From Perna viridis (Eukaryota), in the NCBI GenBank assembly GCA_037379345.1, contig CM074511.1, forward strand, positions 47,808,862-47,872,861: a stretch of DNA of 64,000 nucleotides, given 5' to 3'. How positions within the stretch are numbered: the first letter of the stretch is position 1; every line of letters begins with the position of its first letter. Made by a program: the position numbers and the translations under genes. Shown piece by piece: positions 41,601 to 56,600 of the stretch. The notes under the pieces are model-generated. The model was not told the origin of the DNA. It ran no database searches and saw nothing but the letters and a program-made list of their open reading frames with translations.

Positions 41601-44600
41601 ATGTATTATACATACTGTATTGTGCATGTTATTTTAAATAAACATGAATTTTATTTCAACCCTCCTTGTAACAATCAATTGGACAATGTCATAAATTTCA
41701 GGGTATCAATTCCATGAGCCCCTAAAATATGTAATTATAAATGGGTGTTAGTTTTCACTCTTCCCTAGCTGTGAAAAAAATATATCCCTTCTGGGGATCG
41801 CTGACCTTCCACTTACAACAAAAATCAAGGTATATACACCAAACACACTTCATACTTTCTATCTTAACCATTTTAAGCCCCTCATCTGGCAAAAAATGAC
41901 CAAAAAAAATTGGTCACAGGTCCATTTTTCAGCTTTATATTTGTTAGAATATGTAACTTATGAAGACAACCCTATCAAGCCTGCCATCTAATGCACTATA
42001 TTTACCTTCAGTTGTAAGAGTTCACCACATTTGAGATTCTCTACATAATTTTTAAGTTTGACTAGTTCCTCTGTGTTGTCAGGATGTACAGATACATTGG
42101 TAAGGATTGTATTATACTGTTCACAAATGCCTGTGTTAAATGTCCGACTGGTCTCTCTAATGTTTGTTGTCATCACATCTACCAGGAAATTCACTCTATC
42201 TATCAACCACTGAAAACACAGTCAGAACTTCTGAGTCAATAGTTATATTTTACGCTTAGTTTTATTTTGTAGCTCAGTGTGATTTTTCATGAGAAATCTG
42301 ATTAACCAGATTATAATGCTAAAATATCATATTAATCTATGTGAATACTTAAAAAATATGAAGTTAATGTAATCTTGATAATAAAATTTATTTGTTGGCC
42401 TTTAATTGTTTATTTCTTAAATAGTTCTAAAGCATTTTTCGTAAAAACTAATAAAAATGGGAGGCATTCCTTTTTTTACATTTTATAGCCTCCAAAAAGA
42501 TGAGGTTGCTTTTTTGTTTTTCATTTTATATGGCAATGATAATGGATATTGGAGCGCTCTAAAAAAGGCAAGGAAGGGCCTGAAAATTATGTAGTTTTTG
42601 TTGGCCTTCATCAAAGTGAAAATCATGTGAGATGTTATTGTTATGTTTATCTATATTATATCTAGTTTTGAAAAAAAATAATAAATTAAGGTGTAAAGTC
42701 TGCAATTATTTGCTTTCCAAATGTGGTCTGAATTTTATATGCTTCAATCTTTTCATGTTAAGTACATATAAAATTCAGACACTATCAATGGTAGAGCATA
42801 AGAGGTAATTTATGGTGTAGAAAAAAAACCTTACAAATGATGCTTTTTTGGTCAAGATATGCTATATTTTCAAACAAGGATAGTACTTCCTGTATACAGA
42901 TCTGTATATTGGAGAAAATCTTACTTTCATCTCCCACTAAAATCAACCAAATCAAGAATGATAACTCTTGCAAAGTGCCAATTTCATACACAATCTTTAT
43001 AATTTCTATCTCGAAATTGCAACAGCCAAATGAAAAACTATTTATGTGATCTGTTACTGTTCCTGAATAAGAAATACAAGTATATTCTGTGGGTTTGGAC
43101 ATGCATGAATCATCTCCTGTCTGATTTTTATATGGACTGCTATTTAAGACTCAAGCTGGAAATTAAACATCAGAGACAGTCTAATCTGCTCTTTGATTTG
43201 TGAAATGATGTATTACACTGCAGTAAATATAAACAAATTTGATAAATATACCTCATTAATCTTTGTACAATCTAATAGAAATAAATGCATAGGTATAAGA
43301 ACAGGAAGAGATGCCACTTCAGATTTCAACTTCTTCAGTTTTTCTATTTCATTGACATATTCCCTAAGTGACTTGTCTCTCTGTATAAATCTCTGTACTT
43401 TGGTTTTACTGTCATCTGACACCAGGTGGAGGTATGGTTTGTATGTTTCTTTGTATCTAAAATAAAAATAGTTTTAATCAATTAAAATATTGCAAAATAT
43501 AATATTATTGAAGTAAATTATCATGCTGGCTTTAGCAAATACTGAAGAGATTTCAAATTTGGTACATCTCTGGAATTTATGTTGGTCACATGACCTAAAT
43601 AGTTCAATTAAGTATAATACATTGCCTTAAAAAACATAGACAATTAAGGAATCACCTTTCTCATATTATGAAAAGCACAACTTCTAAGTGGAATGTCACA
43701 GTATTATACCAGAGCACTTTTTTGCCAATGTGGATGAGAATTCAGTTTTAAAGGGAAAAAAAACTTACTTTTCAGGACCATGACTGTTAACATTAACCAT
43801 TTTCCTAATTCTTTCTTTTGCTACTTCAACAAGTTCTTCTTCAATGCGAACAGTCTTGATAAAGTTTTCTATTCCTTCTGTGTTTTGGAATAACAATGTA
43901 TCTATACACGGTAACTTTGTCACACTCATTACCATTGTGTCAATAATTAAACAGAAAAAGTCACAAATATCAGGAAATGATGGTGAAAACTTGAGTCCAA
44001 CATTCACTGTGTCCTCAGTCTGAAGAAAAAGAAAAATTACATTAAAGATAATAACACTTGTTCAGGTATAAAAAAATAAACAATTAAAACAATATTAGCT
44101 AAATATACAGATCCTTACACTGGATATTGTGGGTTACAGGTATATTTAATATCAAATATCACAAAGACAAAATCAAAATTTCAAAATATAAGTATCTTAA
44201 TTGGATAAATATTGAGAGTATGCTTTGAAAATGCTGAGTATCTAACCTGACAGGTATTGTACCATATTCAATAATTATGTCTTCAACATGTGAAACGATT
44301 GGAAAAAAATCATATTACCAATGTTTCATCAGCAAGATTTTAGATTACTCAAATGACTTACAGCATTCTCCCTAACAAGTCATCACACCATCAATCAAAT
44401 TGGGAAACAGAAAGTGTATCAATGATTACCACTACCATTACAGTGCTACCACTATCCAGTTTGATGCAATTACATGGGTTTGTAAATATGTGCAATTCAT
44501 GTGACCTCACTTTCAATATCTTTTTACCTAACTTCGATCAATGCATAGACAGAAACCTACCTTGAAAACAAATTCCTTCATAACAGAGAAATCACATTAA

Positions 44601-47600
44601 TTCATATCAATGTGTTTATGTTAGCTGGATTCCTACAACTCTAGTGGTATACAGAATAACAACAGTTTTGAAGTCAAGACAGAAAAAAATCACTGTTAGA
44701 GGCTGTCTATATAAATATCATGCAGATCCTATGATATGGGTGGCACAGGACAAATTTTATCCCATTGATTTTTTTTTTTGTTTCAATGTAATGTATATAT
44801 CATATGAATGTAAAACAATATAAAATTTGTTTTAAATCAACAATGGGTGGCTCGGAAAATGTTTTTTAAGTTCCCTAACAAAGCAACTAAATTTTGCTCA
44901 AATTAAAGAGTTATTTCCCCTTCTTAAATGAATTCCAATTTATTTCTCTTTAATGGTAGCAGTTAATCAAAAACCAACATTCACCTTTGGAAAAAGGATG
45001 CATTTGTGATATGAAACGGGTCAAAACTTTTTGAAAACAAAATTTGTCATGTGCTACTCACAGCATGGTTTTTGCATGGACACCATCTTAACATGGCAAG
45101 ATGTGATATTCTGTCAAGATGTTCAAAACTGACTTCTCATGTTATCATGTAAAAATGATAAAGTTGCCAGTAATATATATATTGAGTAGGAAAGAGATGG
45201 AGTTGTACTCAGCATCGAAAAGTAAATTGTATCCTCTTGTCTATTTTATACCTATTTGACTGCTTGTGTGGTTGTCTAAAAAAATTTTCCCCATTTCTTT
45301 ACTAAACTATGGACATCCAGAACAAAAATAAGCATAGTTTATGATCATTTTTATCATTCTACAAGTTTAACTCAAGATTAAAATTATAAAAATAAACAAG
45401 ATAAAAAAAAATAATTCCTGAACTGTCTCTTGTCTAAGAGACTCAAACTTTGTGCCTTGTATGTTCTTTATTTCCTGATCACAACTCACCATAAAGAAAT
45501 GAACAACATGTGGTTTAAGAGGCAGTCCGAGGTTCTTCATGATATTATACACTCCATCATAGCTATTCCCTTCTATGTATTCCTCTACCAGATCTACCAG
45601 ATCATAGATGGACTTAGTCACACAACTTCTCAGTAGGTTTGACATCAATGAAGAAACACTTCCAAAGAAATGCTCCATTTTCTCTGTTCTCAACTCCTGG
45701 AAATGTAAAAAAAAAATTGGCATGTTATGTTGAAAAAAAAGGGATGGCAAAATGTTCAAAATGGCCTTACTCGAAAACTACATTTGGGAATTTACTGAAA
45801 ATCCAACTTAACCTGTATTTTATGGTACTAAACAACTGTGCACAGTTAAAAAAATTCAATGAAGCATTCTCAAGTTTAATCTTGCAACCATTGGGGATGA
45901 CAAACAGACAGACAGACACACAACTTTTCAGAGGGTATCAAATAATACCTTGGCCCATGCTGTGGATAGGTATAAAAAATGATTAGGGTTTAAAACAAGA
46001 AATATTGTTTGTACTTGACCTTGTAATTCATACCTCAATATGTGTAACATATTAATGTTCTTTGAACTTTCAAATAATTCAATATTTTCAGTTAATGACT
46101 TCTGCATTGGCAAATTTTTTGGTCAAAAGCTTGTTGTATTGGCCTAAGGACAGTTAAGATTATAGAGAGAAAAAATACTTGAATTCATGCTTTTCTTCAA
46201 ATGACCCCAGAAATGTCCCCAAATAACTTGTTGACATCAGAGAAACAATGTCATTTTGAATGATGGTGTCATTTCTTTGTTTTTTTTCCGTCATGGTGTC
46301 CTCAAGTGTAAATACAATGTACTTCCATTACATACCTGACTGTCTTGTGGCATCCAATCTTCTATAGCATCCCTGAGATTCTCAACAACTTCACAACACT
46401 CATGTAACCATTTCTCTTCAAACTTTTTAGCACCAAACTCACTTGAATTTTTTACATGTTTATAAAATGTTTCCATGGTTACAGGCATTTCTCTCCTTAA
46501 TCCTGGAAGATCTATAAGTCTAAAATCTCCATACCTGGAATGTAAAAATATAATGATATTCAACCTTAATTAGAAGCATTTAGGTATGGTCTAATAATTT
46601 GGAAATACAGAGTCTGCCAGACAGTGGAACAATGTAAAACATGCTATATTTAGAGAAAGTATGATAATCATAGCAGCCATTAATTGAGTAGATTATCATA
46701 AAACATTACCTAGTTTCAAACTCATATAGAATTGTATACATAACAGGATGTGTAATATAGAGATCAGTCTTCATGAACTCTCTCATCTCATTCACCATGT
46801 CATGCCATGGATATCTAAAACGCCCAGCTGAATTGGATTCCTGGAAATGAAAAAAAAAAATATTTTGAAATATTTTAAAAGGTACTTAAGTAACACAGGA
46901 CCAATATTACATAAAATAGATATGTAGATTGGTTGTGTAGTGTTTGTTACCATTATTTCACAATGCAGCTAACTCCAAATTTCAATCAGCTTTATGGTAG
47001 AAAAAACTTCATGAGAAGCCTCTTGGTACACAGAGTTTCCCTTGTGCCTTGTCTTATTTGTACAAAAATCTAAAAGGACAAAGGTACACTTAGTCTTGTC
47101 TGATTGTACTCTTCAAAAAGTATGAAATCTACAAACCTTAATTGACATAGGTACACCAAGTTCAGTTTATGCCAACTCGTTCTAAAATATATGATATATT
47201 GTATACAAACCTTGATAGGCATGGGTAAACAAAGTTCAGTTTATGCCTACTCGTTCTAAAATATATGATATCTTGTATACAAACCTTAATTGGCATAAGT
47301 ACACCAAGTCTTTCTTGTTCTTCCTCATCCTGTAGTATATAATCTAACATCCCTTTCTTTATGGCATATCTTCTATCACCCTTCATTTCCTTTTAACAGA
47401 AAAAAATGTTCTTGTTGCATATTCCTGTTTATAAATATATTAATTTGGACCTCCTCTTACTGATACAAAATGTAAAGAATAAGATTTCTAATTTCTCTCT
47501 ACTAAACCTTAAGGAAATAAATAATAGCAGCAGAGGTAAATTAAATAATTATCTTGTAAGACATAGTATATATACACTCCTAGCAGAAGTTTTTTAAATA

Positions 47601-50600
47601 AATTGCTATGTGTCTCAAATGTCGTCCACTATTGCTAAAGTTTAAAGAATAAAAAGATAAACATCGAAGTCCAATTACTCTCAATAATAGGATCAGGTAA
47701 ATATGGTGTCAAACCATCATACAAAATTCAATAGCTGGTCTCACTGGAGTTTGGCCACCAAGTAACTGGTTGGAAAACAGTATGACCAATAGAAGGATAG
47801 ACCAACACCATTATTTACACAGGCAAATGTGCCACACATGAGAATCATATGGTTTGCATCATACAATTACCATATGAATCGAGCACCATATGATAATCAT
47901 ATGGTTATCTTATGATAATCACATGTTTTTCACAAACATATGATTATCATATGTTTTCAAGCCCATATTATCATATGAGAATCATATGATAATCATATGA
48001 CTACCACATGATAAATATATGATTTTCATATGATTATCATATGAATCAAGCACCATATGATTATCACATGTGGCACATTTGGCTGTGTAGACCTCTCTCA
48101 GGGGACCAAACTAAACCCTAAACTTACCACAAAGAAATCTTTGGCAGCTTCAGGATTATCAAGACGTAACTTTGTTGGTACAAACTTGTAAATGCCTTGA
48201 ATTGTACCTTGTTCAAGAGGAGATACCATCTCATTTCCTATAGATTTGTCTATCAAGCTGTAATACCTGGAATAAATACAATTAGGAAGAATGAAAAAAA
48301 ATTCAGTATGTGAAAGTTCAACCATTTCTATTTATGTTTTAGCTACCAGGTGTTTCTGTAAATAGGCTGCATTACAACCTATGTTTAATTCTTATTTAAC
48401 TGAACATATATATGGAATTGAAATTCATATAATATTATATCGTATTTATCTACGATAGCTCAGTTGTAAGATATTATAATAAACCCTAAAATAGCCTAAT
48501 TTTTTATTCTGATAGGTTGAGAATGGAAATTAAAGTAAAAATAACCCTCAACAAATCAATATTACGGCACCAAAGTCTAGTGCACTAAGAATATGTAGCT
48601 TGTTTACAGCTATACCTTTGTATATCTTTTTGCTCAGGTGTTGGGGGTCTGGATAGACCATGTGTAGAAAAGTAAAATGGAGGAAACTCTACTTCTAATA
48701 TACTCTTGCTATATTCATCATGTAATTCATAAAATTCATTTTCTTTTGTGTCTGTTCCATCTGCTTTCTCCTTCTCTACACTGTTTTCTTTTTCTTCTTT
48801 AAAAAGAATAGTAAATAGAACGTTCATAAAAAGATGAAAAATATGTCAAAAAGAACACAAACATGAAGTAGCATCCAGTGTCATGTTAGGTATACCACCA
48901 CTCAGATAGCAATCCTAAAAATCAGGAAGTTGATATCAGACATTCACTGAAGTTGGTTACTCTGTGCCCCATCTACATTAAACCACACACCATATTTGCA
49001 TTCAATCCATCCATTACAAGCTGAGATAGTTGTAGCAAAATATGGACAGATGGTTCTAATAAACAACCCATTTGTTTATAATGAAGTCTAATAATTAGAA
49101 TACAAACTAATATGACATAAGCAATGATGTTATTTATAAATGTCTATTAGTTTTAAGTACAAAAAATATACAATTAGCAATTTATCAAAGGAGAAAATAA
49201 AATATTGGATATGGTATTTAGAATCAACATTGCCTATGCTCTGAATCTCTGAGTTAACATCTCAGGAAAGTGAAACACTTTCTTATGATTTTTTTAACCA
49301 AATAGATTCCATTCTATTAATCCCTACTGAACTACATGCATAGTAAACATTATTTCAAATCCTAATGAGTGACATACCAGCTTCCGAAGGTCTCTCTGAT
49401 ATGGTGTCCATATCATGTAGATATAAACCAGACGGAGGTTTACCACTGTCAACACTCTCAGAATAAATACCAGACTTACAGATTTCTTCATCAATACTTC
49501 CATTGTGAGGGTAGTCACCATTGCTGTAATAATGACCTGAAAGAAAAAAATACGTCATTCCATCTCTCAAGCAGTAAAACACAGAATTAAATGGAGTTAT
49601 TCCCCTTCTTTCAAAATTATGTGCATTGGCATAAATATCAAACAAAAAAGAATAGCTATTGCTCTCTATCAGCAACATATGTACAACCTGATATAGAAAG
49701 GAAAAATAGATAACTTAATTATGAATTCAACAATTTTGACAGCCAAAGAAAAAGTATAGCCTTTTACTGCAATGTTGGGAATTAAAAACATTTTTGCCCT
49801 TTGATACCCTTTGCACTAGTAATTGTGTCAAACCCCTATCAACTTTAATGATCTATACAACAAATCAACAACTTAATCCTGTTCAAACCATTCAAATTAT
49901 TCTCTTTGTACCAACAAATAGCTGAACTTAATTCAAGTCATTTTAAACATAGATTGAACCCAAAATATAATGTGGTAATTGTACAAAACACTTTTGAACT
50001 TATTTTGGGTGCAGTTCATGGTACAGAAAAAATATAAAAAGAACTTGCTCAGATACTGCATATATGGTATAGATTTAAAAGTAACCCATGACATATGAAT
50101 TATCTTAGATGTATTTAAACACATTCCATTTTACTTAAGTCAGTTTGAATAACTGAAATAACAGAACAATTCTGAACAGTTAAAAGTCAAACACTTATTC
50201 ATTCATTCTTAAGAATTTTCAAATTTAATCAATTTTACTTAAGTAATTACTGATGTACATAGATTCATTTTATGGCAATACTTAATACAGTGAACTCTTT
50301 CTCAACCAAACCCTTTTTTGACTTGGTTCAGTTTAGACAGGTGTTTGGTTTAGACAGGTTTCTTGGTTTACCAAGGTTCAAAATACATTTAAATTTATGT
50401 AGACATTTTTAAAAGTGCTTGTTTTAGACAGGTTTGGGATTATTCCAGGTTTGTTTTAGACAGGTTTGGGATTATTGTTTGTATTATACAGGTTTTGAAT
50501 AATTCATGGTTTGGTTCAGACAGGTTTTATTCAGGTTTAAGTTCAGACAGGTTTTATTGTGTAAAATGTAATTCTAATAGCTGAGTTCTTGGAATAAATG

Positions 50601-53600
50601 TAAATGACATCCTTCCTCAATTCTTTTTAAAGTGAATACTAAATCAATTTGCAAATATTTTAAGAGCTTCATTTAAATTTGTGTTTGTTTGTTGGGGTTT
50701 AACGTCCGAGCAGCAATATTTCAGCTATATTCAGACGATGAACATGAAATTAATGATAAAATGAACATGAAATGATGATGAAATGAAAAAGGGATGGGAC
50801 ACAAGGATAATGGGGACGACAAATTTTGATTGCCACTGGAAATAGGGAGAGGTAGGTAAGGTCAGGCAATTTAGCCTCCTGTGGCGGAGCCCTATCGTTC
50901 CTACTCCGGGAGAATACCACAGTAGGGTTTTTTAACGTGCAAGGAACGTGGCATCTTTCCCAACACGATGCACCACTATGGTTTGCGGTCAGGTTTTCTG
51001 TATTATAGCCTAACAACCCCAGCATGTAACACGCCAGGGGTACCCCATTCCACCACCTGGGGCACACATCCCAGTTGCTCTGTGGGTAGAGCGCCCTAGG
51101 CCCCGTCTAGGGTTCTCAGCACTATTTAGTCGCCTCTTACGACAAGCTTAGCGCTGCTGCAGGCCTATTCTTTTAACACCCGGACCTGCACGGGGATTTA
51201 AATTTGTGAGACACACATAATTATGCAAAGAGTTTGAAATTTGAGAAAACAGGCACTATAAAGTATAACAATGAATCATCTATAAGGATCATAACATGAA
51301 AAATACAAAGAAGCAAAATTGGGTGAAGTCTTTAATGCACAAACAAAATAAAATTTGAAATGAAAGAAATTTAACTGGTTGCTATTTTAAAAGATTAATT
51401 TTCAGAAATGTCTATCATATTTCATTCAAATATACACACAACTTGACAAAATTACCTGTAATTACATGTTTTATTGATACTTAGGTGATATGAATTATTC
51501 AAAACATAAATAAGTAGATGGGAAAATCTATACCTTCTCACACACTTATTATCAAGTAAGCCTACCCGGTTGGAGGGAATCAAAATATTTTAAACTGAAT
51601 TTGAATGCTTAAATATATACCATATTATATACTTAAATGTTAAGTTTGTTGCATAAATTATGTTTTTACTATCAGTTTACACATCCTTCATTGTGGAGTA
51701 ATAGGGGTATGGTTGAATGTCAATAGATCATGTCACAAAACAAGTAGCTTTGTATATTCACTACTTTTTCATTCCACCAACCACATTTATTTACTGGTTT
51801 ATCAAGGGTTCTGTTTCACTGTATTTTCAAAATTAAAGCCATATAAAATAAAACCCCAACGTCAATCAATTTTGATATAATATTGAGGATAGGTCTGATT
51901 TTTTATCAGACTGTAGTGAAACAATGTCAAGGACAAACACATATACAGTCATTTGCAAAGACTGAAAATGATCACGTGTACATAATTCTTAAAATCTGAA
52001 ATTAGGCCTCTTCATATTATCCTGTTAGGAAAATATCATTCCCAAAACCATTTTTTTTCATTCTGGAAAAAAGCATGCCAAAAAGTGTCTTTTTTTCATA
52101 CTTTGATCACAACATGTTTTGTCAAATCGGTTTAAATTTCATTGCAAGCTTAAAATAAATCTAAGTTGAACCCACAACAACTAGAATCAAGAGGCCAGAA
52201 ATTTTCTACCCCTTTAAAAATCATGTATTTACAAACACTTGAATATTAATCTGGAGACAAATGGACAAATACGGAATTGGTCATTACACCCAGTATTACG
52301 GAGATACATGGACAAGTGTGGAATGGGTCATTACAGCAAGTGTTCCAGAAATACATGGACAAGTGTGAAATGTTAATTAGACCCATTGTTCCAGAGACAC
52401 ATGGACAAGTATGGAATGGGTCATTACACCTAGTGTGCCAGAGATACATGGAAGAGTATGGAATGGCTCATTACATCCAGGGTTCCAGAGATACATGGAC
52501 AAGTAAGGAATAGATTATTACATCCTGTGTTCCAGAGATACATGGACAAGTAAGGAATAGATCATTACACCCAGTGTTCCAGAAATACATGGACAAGTGT
52601 GGAATGGATCATTACACCCGGTGTTCTATGTTATCCTAGTAACCTCACATACCATGCCAATAAATTGGCTCATGCCAGTCAATCAACTCATACATTTATC
52701 ATAACAAATGTTTATTCCTACTTTAAAATTTTCAACTCTGTCAGTTAGTTCAAATAGCTCATGTTTATTGCACCCCAAATAAATAGTGACAAAGAGTTTT
52801 GCCTTATCAGTATAATAATGTTCTTTGTTAGATATTGCCACTTCAAATTCGACATTTGTCTTTTTCAAAGAAAGAATAATTCCTTGAATTCTGAATATTA
52901 ATGATATATCTGAAGTTTCTCCTTCACAGAATATCACCAATGTAAACAACTACAAGGCTGATGTTTAAATTTCTCTGTGTATTATTTCTATATCTATCAA
53001 GTTACAATTTTTATTGTTTACAAAGCATTCTTATGTAGAAATAAAGGTGATTAATATAAATTCCTTCCATAAATATCACAGTAACAGAAGGAGAAGATCT
53101 GTCTTCCATACATTTATATTACATTTTGTAAAAACTTTGTCATAGTTATGTATAGTTCTATTGACACTGTAACTATAGTGTTCTCTACACCTTTTGAAAA
53201 GGGCTGTGTAATCCAGGTAAAAAAAGGGCACTTTATTATTAATTTATAAAAGCAAATTAGAAGGCACATCATGCAAGTATTAACATTTTTTAAGGTAAAA
53301 TGAAGGAAAAAGGCAGAGCACTAATAGAACCTATAAAAAAGGGCAAAAGGGGAGGGGGCAGGGTGGTGGGCGGTGTTGGCGGTTCTTGTTCTACTGAAAC
53401 AATCTGTAGCCAATACTAAACTACACAGTCATTTGAATATGCATAATAACCAAAGAAAAAGAGCCAAACTGTTGTTGCAATATTGCTGACATATTTTATT
53501 TCATTTACATAAATACACTTTATCATAGATAATACTCCATTAAACATGTAAAATCATCAAAGAACAAAACTGCTGTGTAACTTTCTTTATAATTAGAGAT

Positions 53601-56600
53601 CCCTGCTTAGAGTATAACTTACTATTCTACAAACTTGGGACACCTATTAGGTGCTGAAAGTACATGGATCAATTGTAATTAACCAAAATCAAGTAGTTTT
53701 TAAAACTTCAATCTATTCAACAATAAAACTCTATACTTCTCAATAATGTTTACACTCTTACTTTGATTAATACATTTTTAAAATCATGTAAGACACTCTC
53801 TCCTGTTATTACATTCGATCTGAAAAGCTGAGGGAAAAAAAGGTGGAACAAAGGCTTCATTGTATCTAATCTTCAGATATAAACCTAGTCAATATCGAAG
53901 GTAAATATATTTACTCATAAGTTTTTAGCCATTCTTTTATTACATTGAAAAATCCAATTTATTTTCCTAAGCATATCCAAAGATAAACATGGGTGCTCAT
54001 TACTTGTTAACAAGTCCAATTTTCTATCTTTATAGAAAGGACTTTAATCCTAATGGTGAAAAAATTAACTACTTTCCCTTCAGAATGTGATAAGTACTTT
54101 TACAATAACTCCAAACTTACATGATGTTAAATCAATGCTATGATTTTCCTGTTTTCCTAACAAATAATGGGATGTTTTCCTTGCCTAATATTTAAACATA
54201 ATGCCTATATAAATACATGCCATTACTATAATAATTTTCTCCAATATAAATTAATGTCAAATATAAAATCAAGTAGGAAAAGTTAAAAGTGAATAAACAC
54301 TATACAATAATTAATTATGTTATTTACTTTTCTAGGTGGTGTTAATTTTCAATTCTAATTCCAGGAATTTGATTTACTGTTAGATAACAAAAATGTCAAA
54401 AACTGTCAGTCAAACTGTACTTAATTATAACAATTAAGCTATAACATTTAATCTATCTTCCATTGGTGCTAAAATATCTCTGTATTGCATACACTGCGAA
54501 TATGAAAATTATGTTGTCAATTGAATTATTTTATATATTATAGAGTAATCCAGGTAGTTTTCTACTAATATGCAGCTCATGGGTCAATTTTTTGCACAAG
54601 AACTGTCTTGCAGCTACACCTAAATGCATTAATACCACCCAGATTTTAAACATCAGACTGACATCTTACTGTTAAGTTAGAATAGATGTCCATGTGATCA
54701 GACTGACATCATACCGTTCAATTAGGACAGATGTTCGTATGATAAGAAGGACATCTTAGTGTCAGTAAAGACACATGTCCTTGTAATCAGACTGACATCT
54801 TACTGTTAAGTTAGGACAGATGTCCATGTGATCAGACTGACATCTTACTGTTAATTTAGGACAGATGTCCCTGTTATCAGACTGACATCCTACTGTTCAG
54901 TTAAGACAGATGTCCGTGTGATCAGACTGACACTTTACTATTCAGTTAGGACAGATGTCTGTGCGATCAGACTGACATCTTACTGTTAATTTAGGACAGA
55001 TGTCTGCATGATCAGGCTGACATCTTACTGTTAAGTGAGGACAGATGTCCATGTGATCAGACTTACATCTTACTATTAAGTTAGGACAGATGTCCACATG
55101 ATAAGACTGGCATCTTACTGTTAAGTTAGGACAGATGTCCCTGTTAGCAGACTAACATCTTACTGTTAAGTGAAGACAGATGTCCGTGTGATCAGACTGA
55201 CACTTTAATATTCAGTTAGGACAGATGTCTGTGTGATCAGACTGACATTTCACCGTTCAGTGAGGGCAGATGTCCTTGTGATCAGACTGACATCTTACTG
55301 TTCAGTAAGGACAGATGTCCATGTGACCAGTCTGACATCTCACTGTTCTGTGAGGACAGATGTCTATGTAATCAGACTGATATCTCACCATTCAGTTAGG
55401 ACAGATATCCATGTGATCAGACTGATATCTTTCTGTTCAATGAAGACAGATGTCTTTGTGATAAGACTTGTATCTTATCGTTTGGTAAGGACAGATGTCC
55501 ATGTGATCAGACTGACATTTTACTGTTCAGTTCAGACAAATGTCCATGTGACCAGACTGACATCTCACCGTTCTGTGAGGACAGATGTCTATGTGATCAG
55601 ACTGACATCTCACCATTCAGTTAGGACAAATGTCTATGTGATCAGACTGATATCTTTCTGTTCAATGAAGACAGATGTCTTTGTGATAAGACTTGTATCT
55701 TATCGTATGGTAAGGACAGGTGTCCATGTGATCAGACTGACATCATACCATTCAATTATGACAGATGTTCGTATGATAAGGACATCTTAGTGTCAGTAAA
55801 GACAGATGTCCTTGTAATCATACTAACATCTTATTGTTCAGTTAGGACAGATGTGCATGTGATCAGTCTGACATCTTACTGTTCAGTTAGGACAGATGTG
55901 CATGTGATCAGTCTGACATCTTACTGTTCAGTTCGGACAAATGTCCAAGTGATCAGTCTGACATCTCACCGTTCAGTTAGGACAGATGTCTATGTGATCA
56001 GACTGACATCTCACCATTCAGTTAGGACAGATGTGCATGTGATCAGTCTGATATCTTACTGTTCAGTTCGGACAAATGTCCAAGTGATCAGTCTGACATC
56101 TAACCGTTCAGTTAGGACAGATGTCTATGTTATCAGACTGACATCATACTGTTCAATTAGGACAGATGTTCATATGATAAGAATTACATCTTAGTGTCAG
56201 TAAAGACAGATGTCCTTGTGATCAGACTGACATCTTACTGTTAAGTTAGGACAGATGTCCATGTGAACAGTCTGACATCTTACTTTTCAGTGAGGACGGA
56301 TGTCCATGTGATCAGTCTGACACCTTACTGTTCAGTTAGGACAGATGTCCATGGGGTGAGACTGACATCTTAATGTTAATTTAGGACAGATGTCTGCATG
56401 ATCAGTCTGACATCTTACTGTTCAGTTAGGACAGATGTCCATGTGATCAGTCTGACATCTTACTGTTCAGTTAGGACAGATGTCTGTGTGATCAGACTGA
56501 CATCTTACTGTTAAGTTATGTGATCAGACTGACATCTTACTGTTCAGTTAGGATAGGTGTCCATATGACAAGACCACAATCTTAGTGTCAGTTAAGACAG

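Noticed and set aside
10196-49590. Plus-strand ORFs overlapping dynein exons
   Set aside because: Antisense shadows of coding exons with no splice-consistent plus-strand gene.
50750-51067. 105-aa ORF inside the retroposon
   Set aside because: No RT or endonuclease motifs; expected by chance in GC-rich sequence.
52683-52949. 88-aa minus-strand ORF after a TAG acceptor
   Set aside because: Open only in phase 0 while the host intron is phase 1; no recognisable homology.
53341-53383. G-rich potential quadruplex
   Set aside because: An isolated short tract, probably a repeat remnant, with no supporting context.
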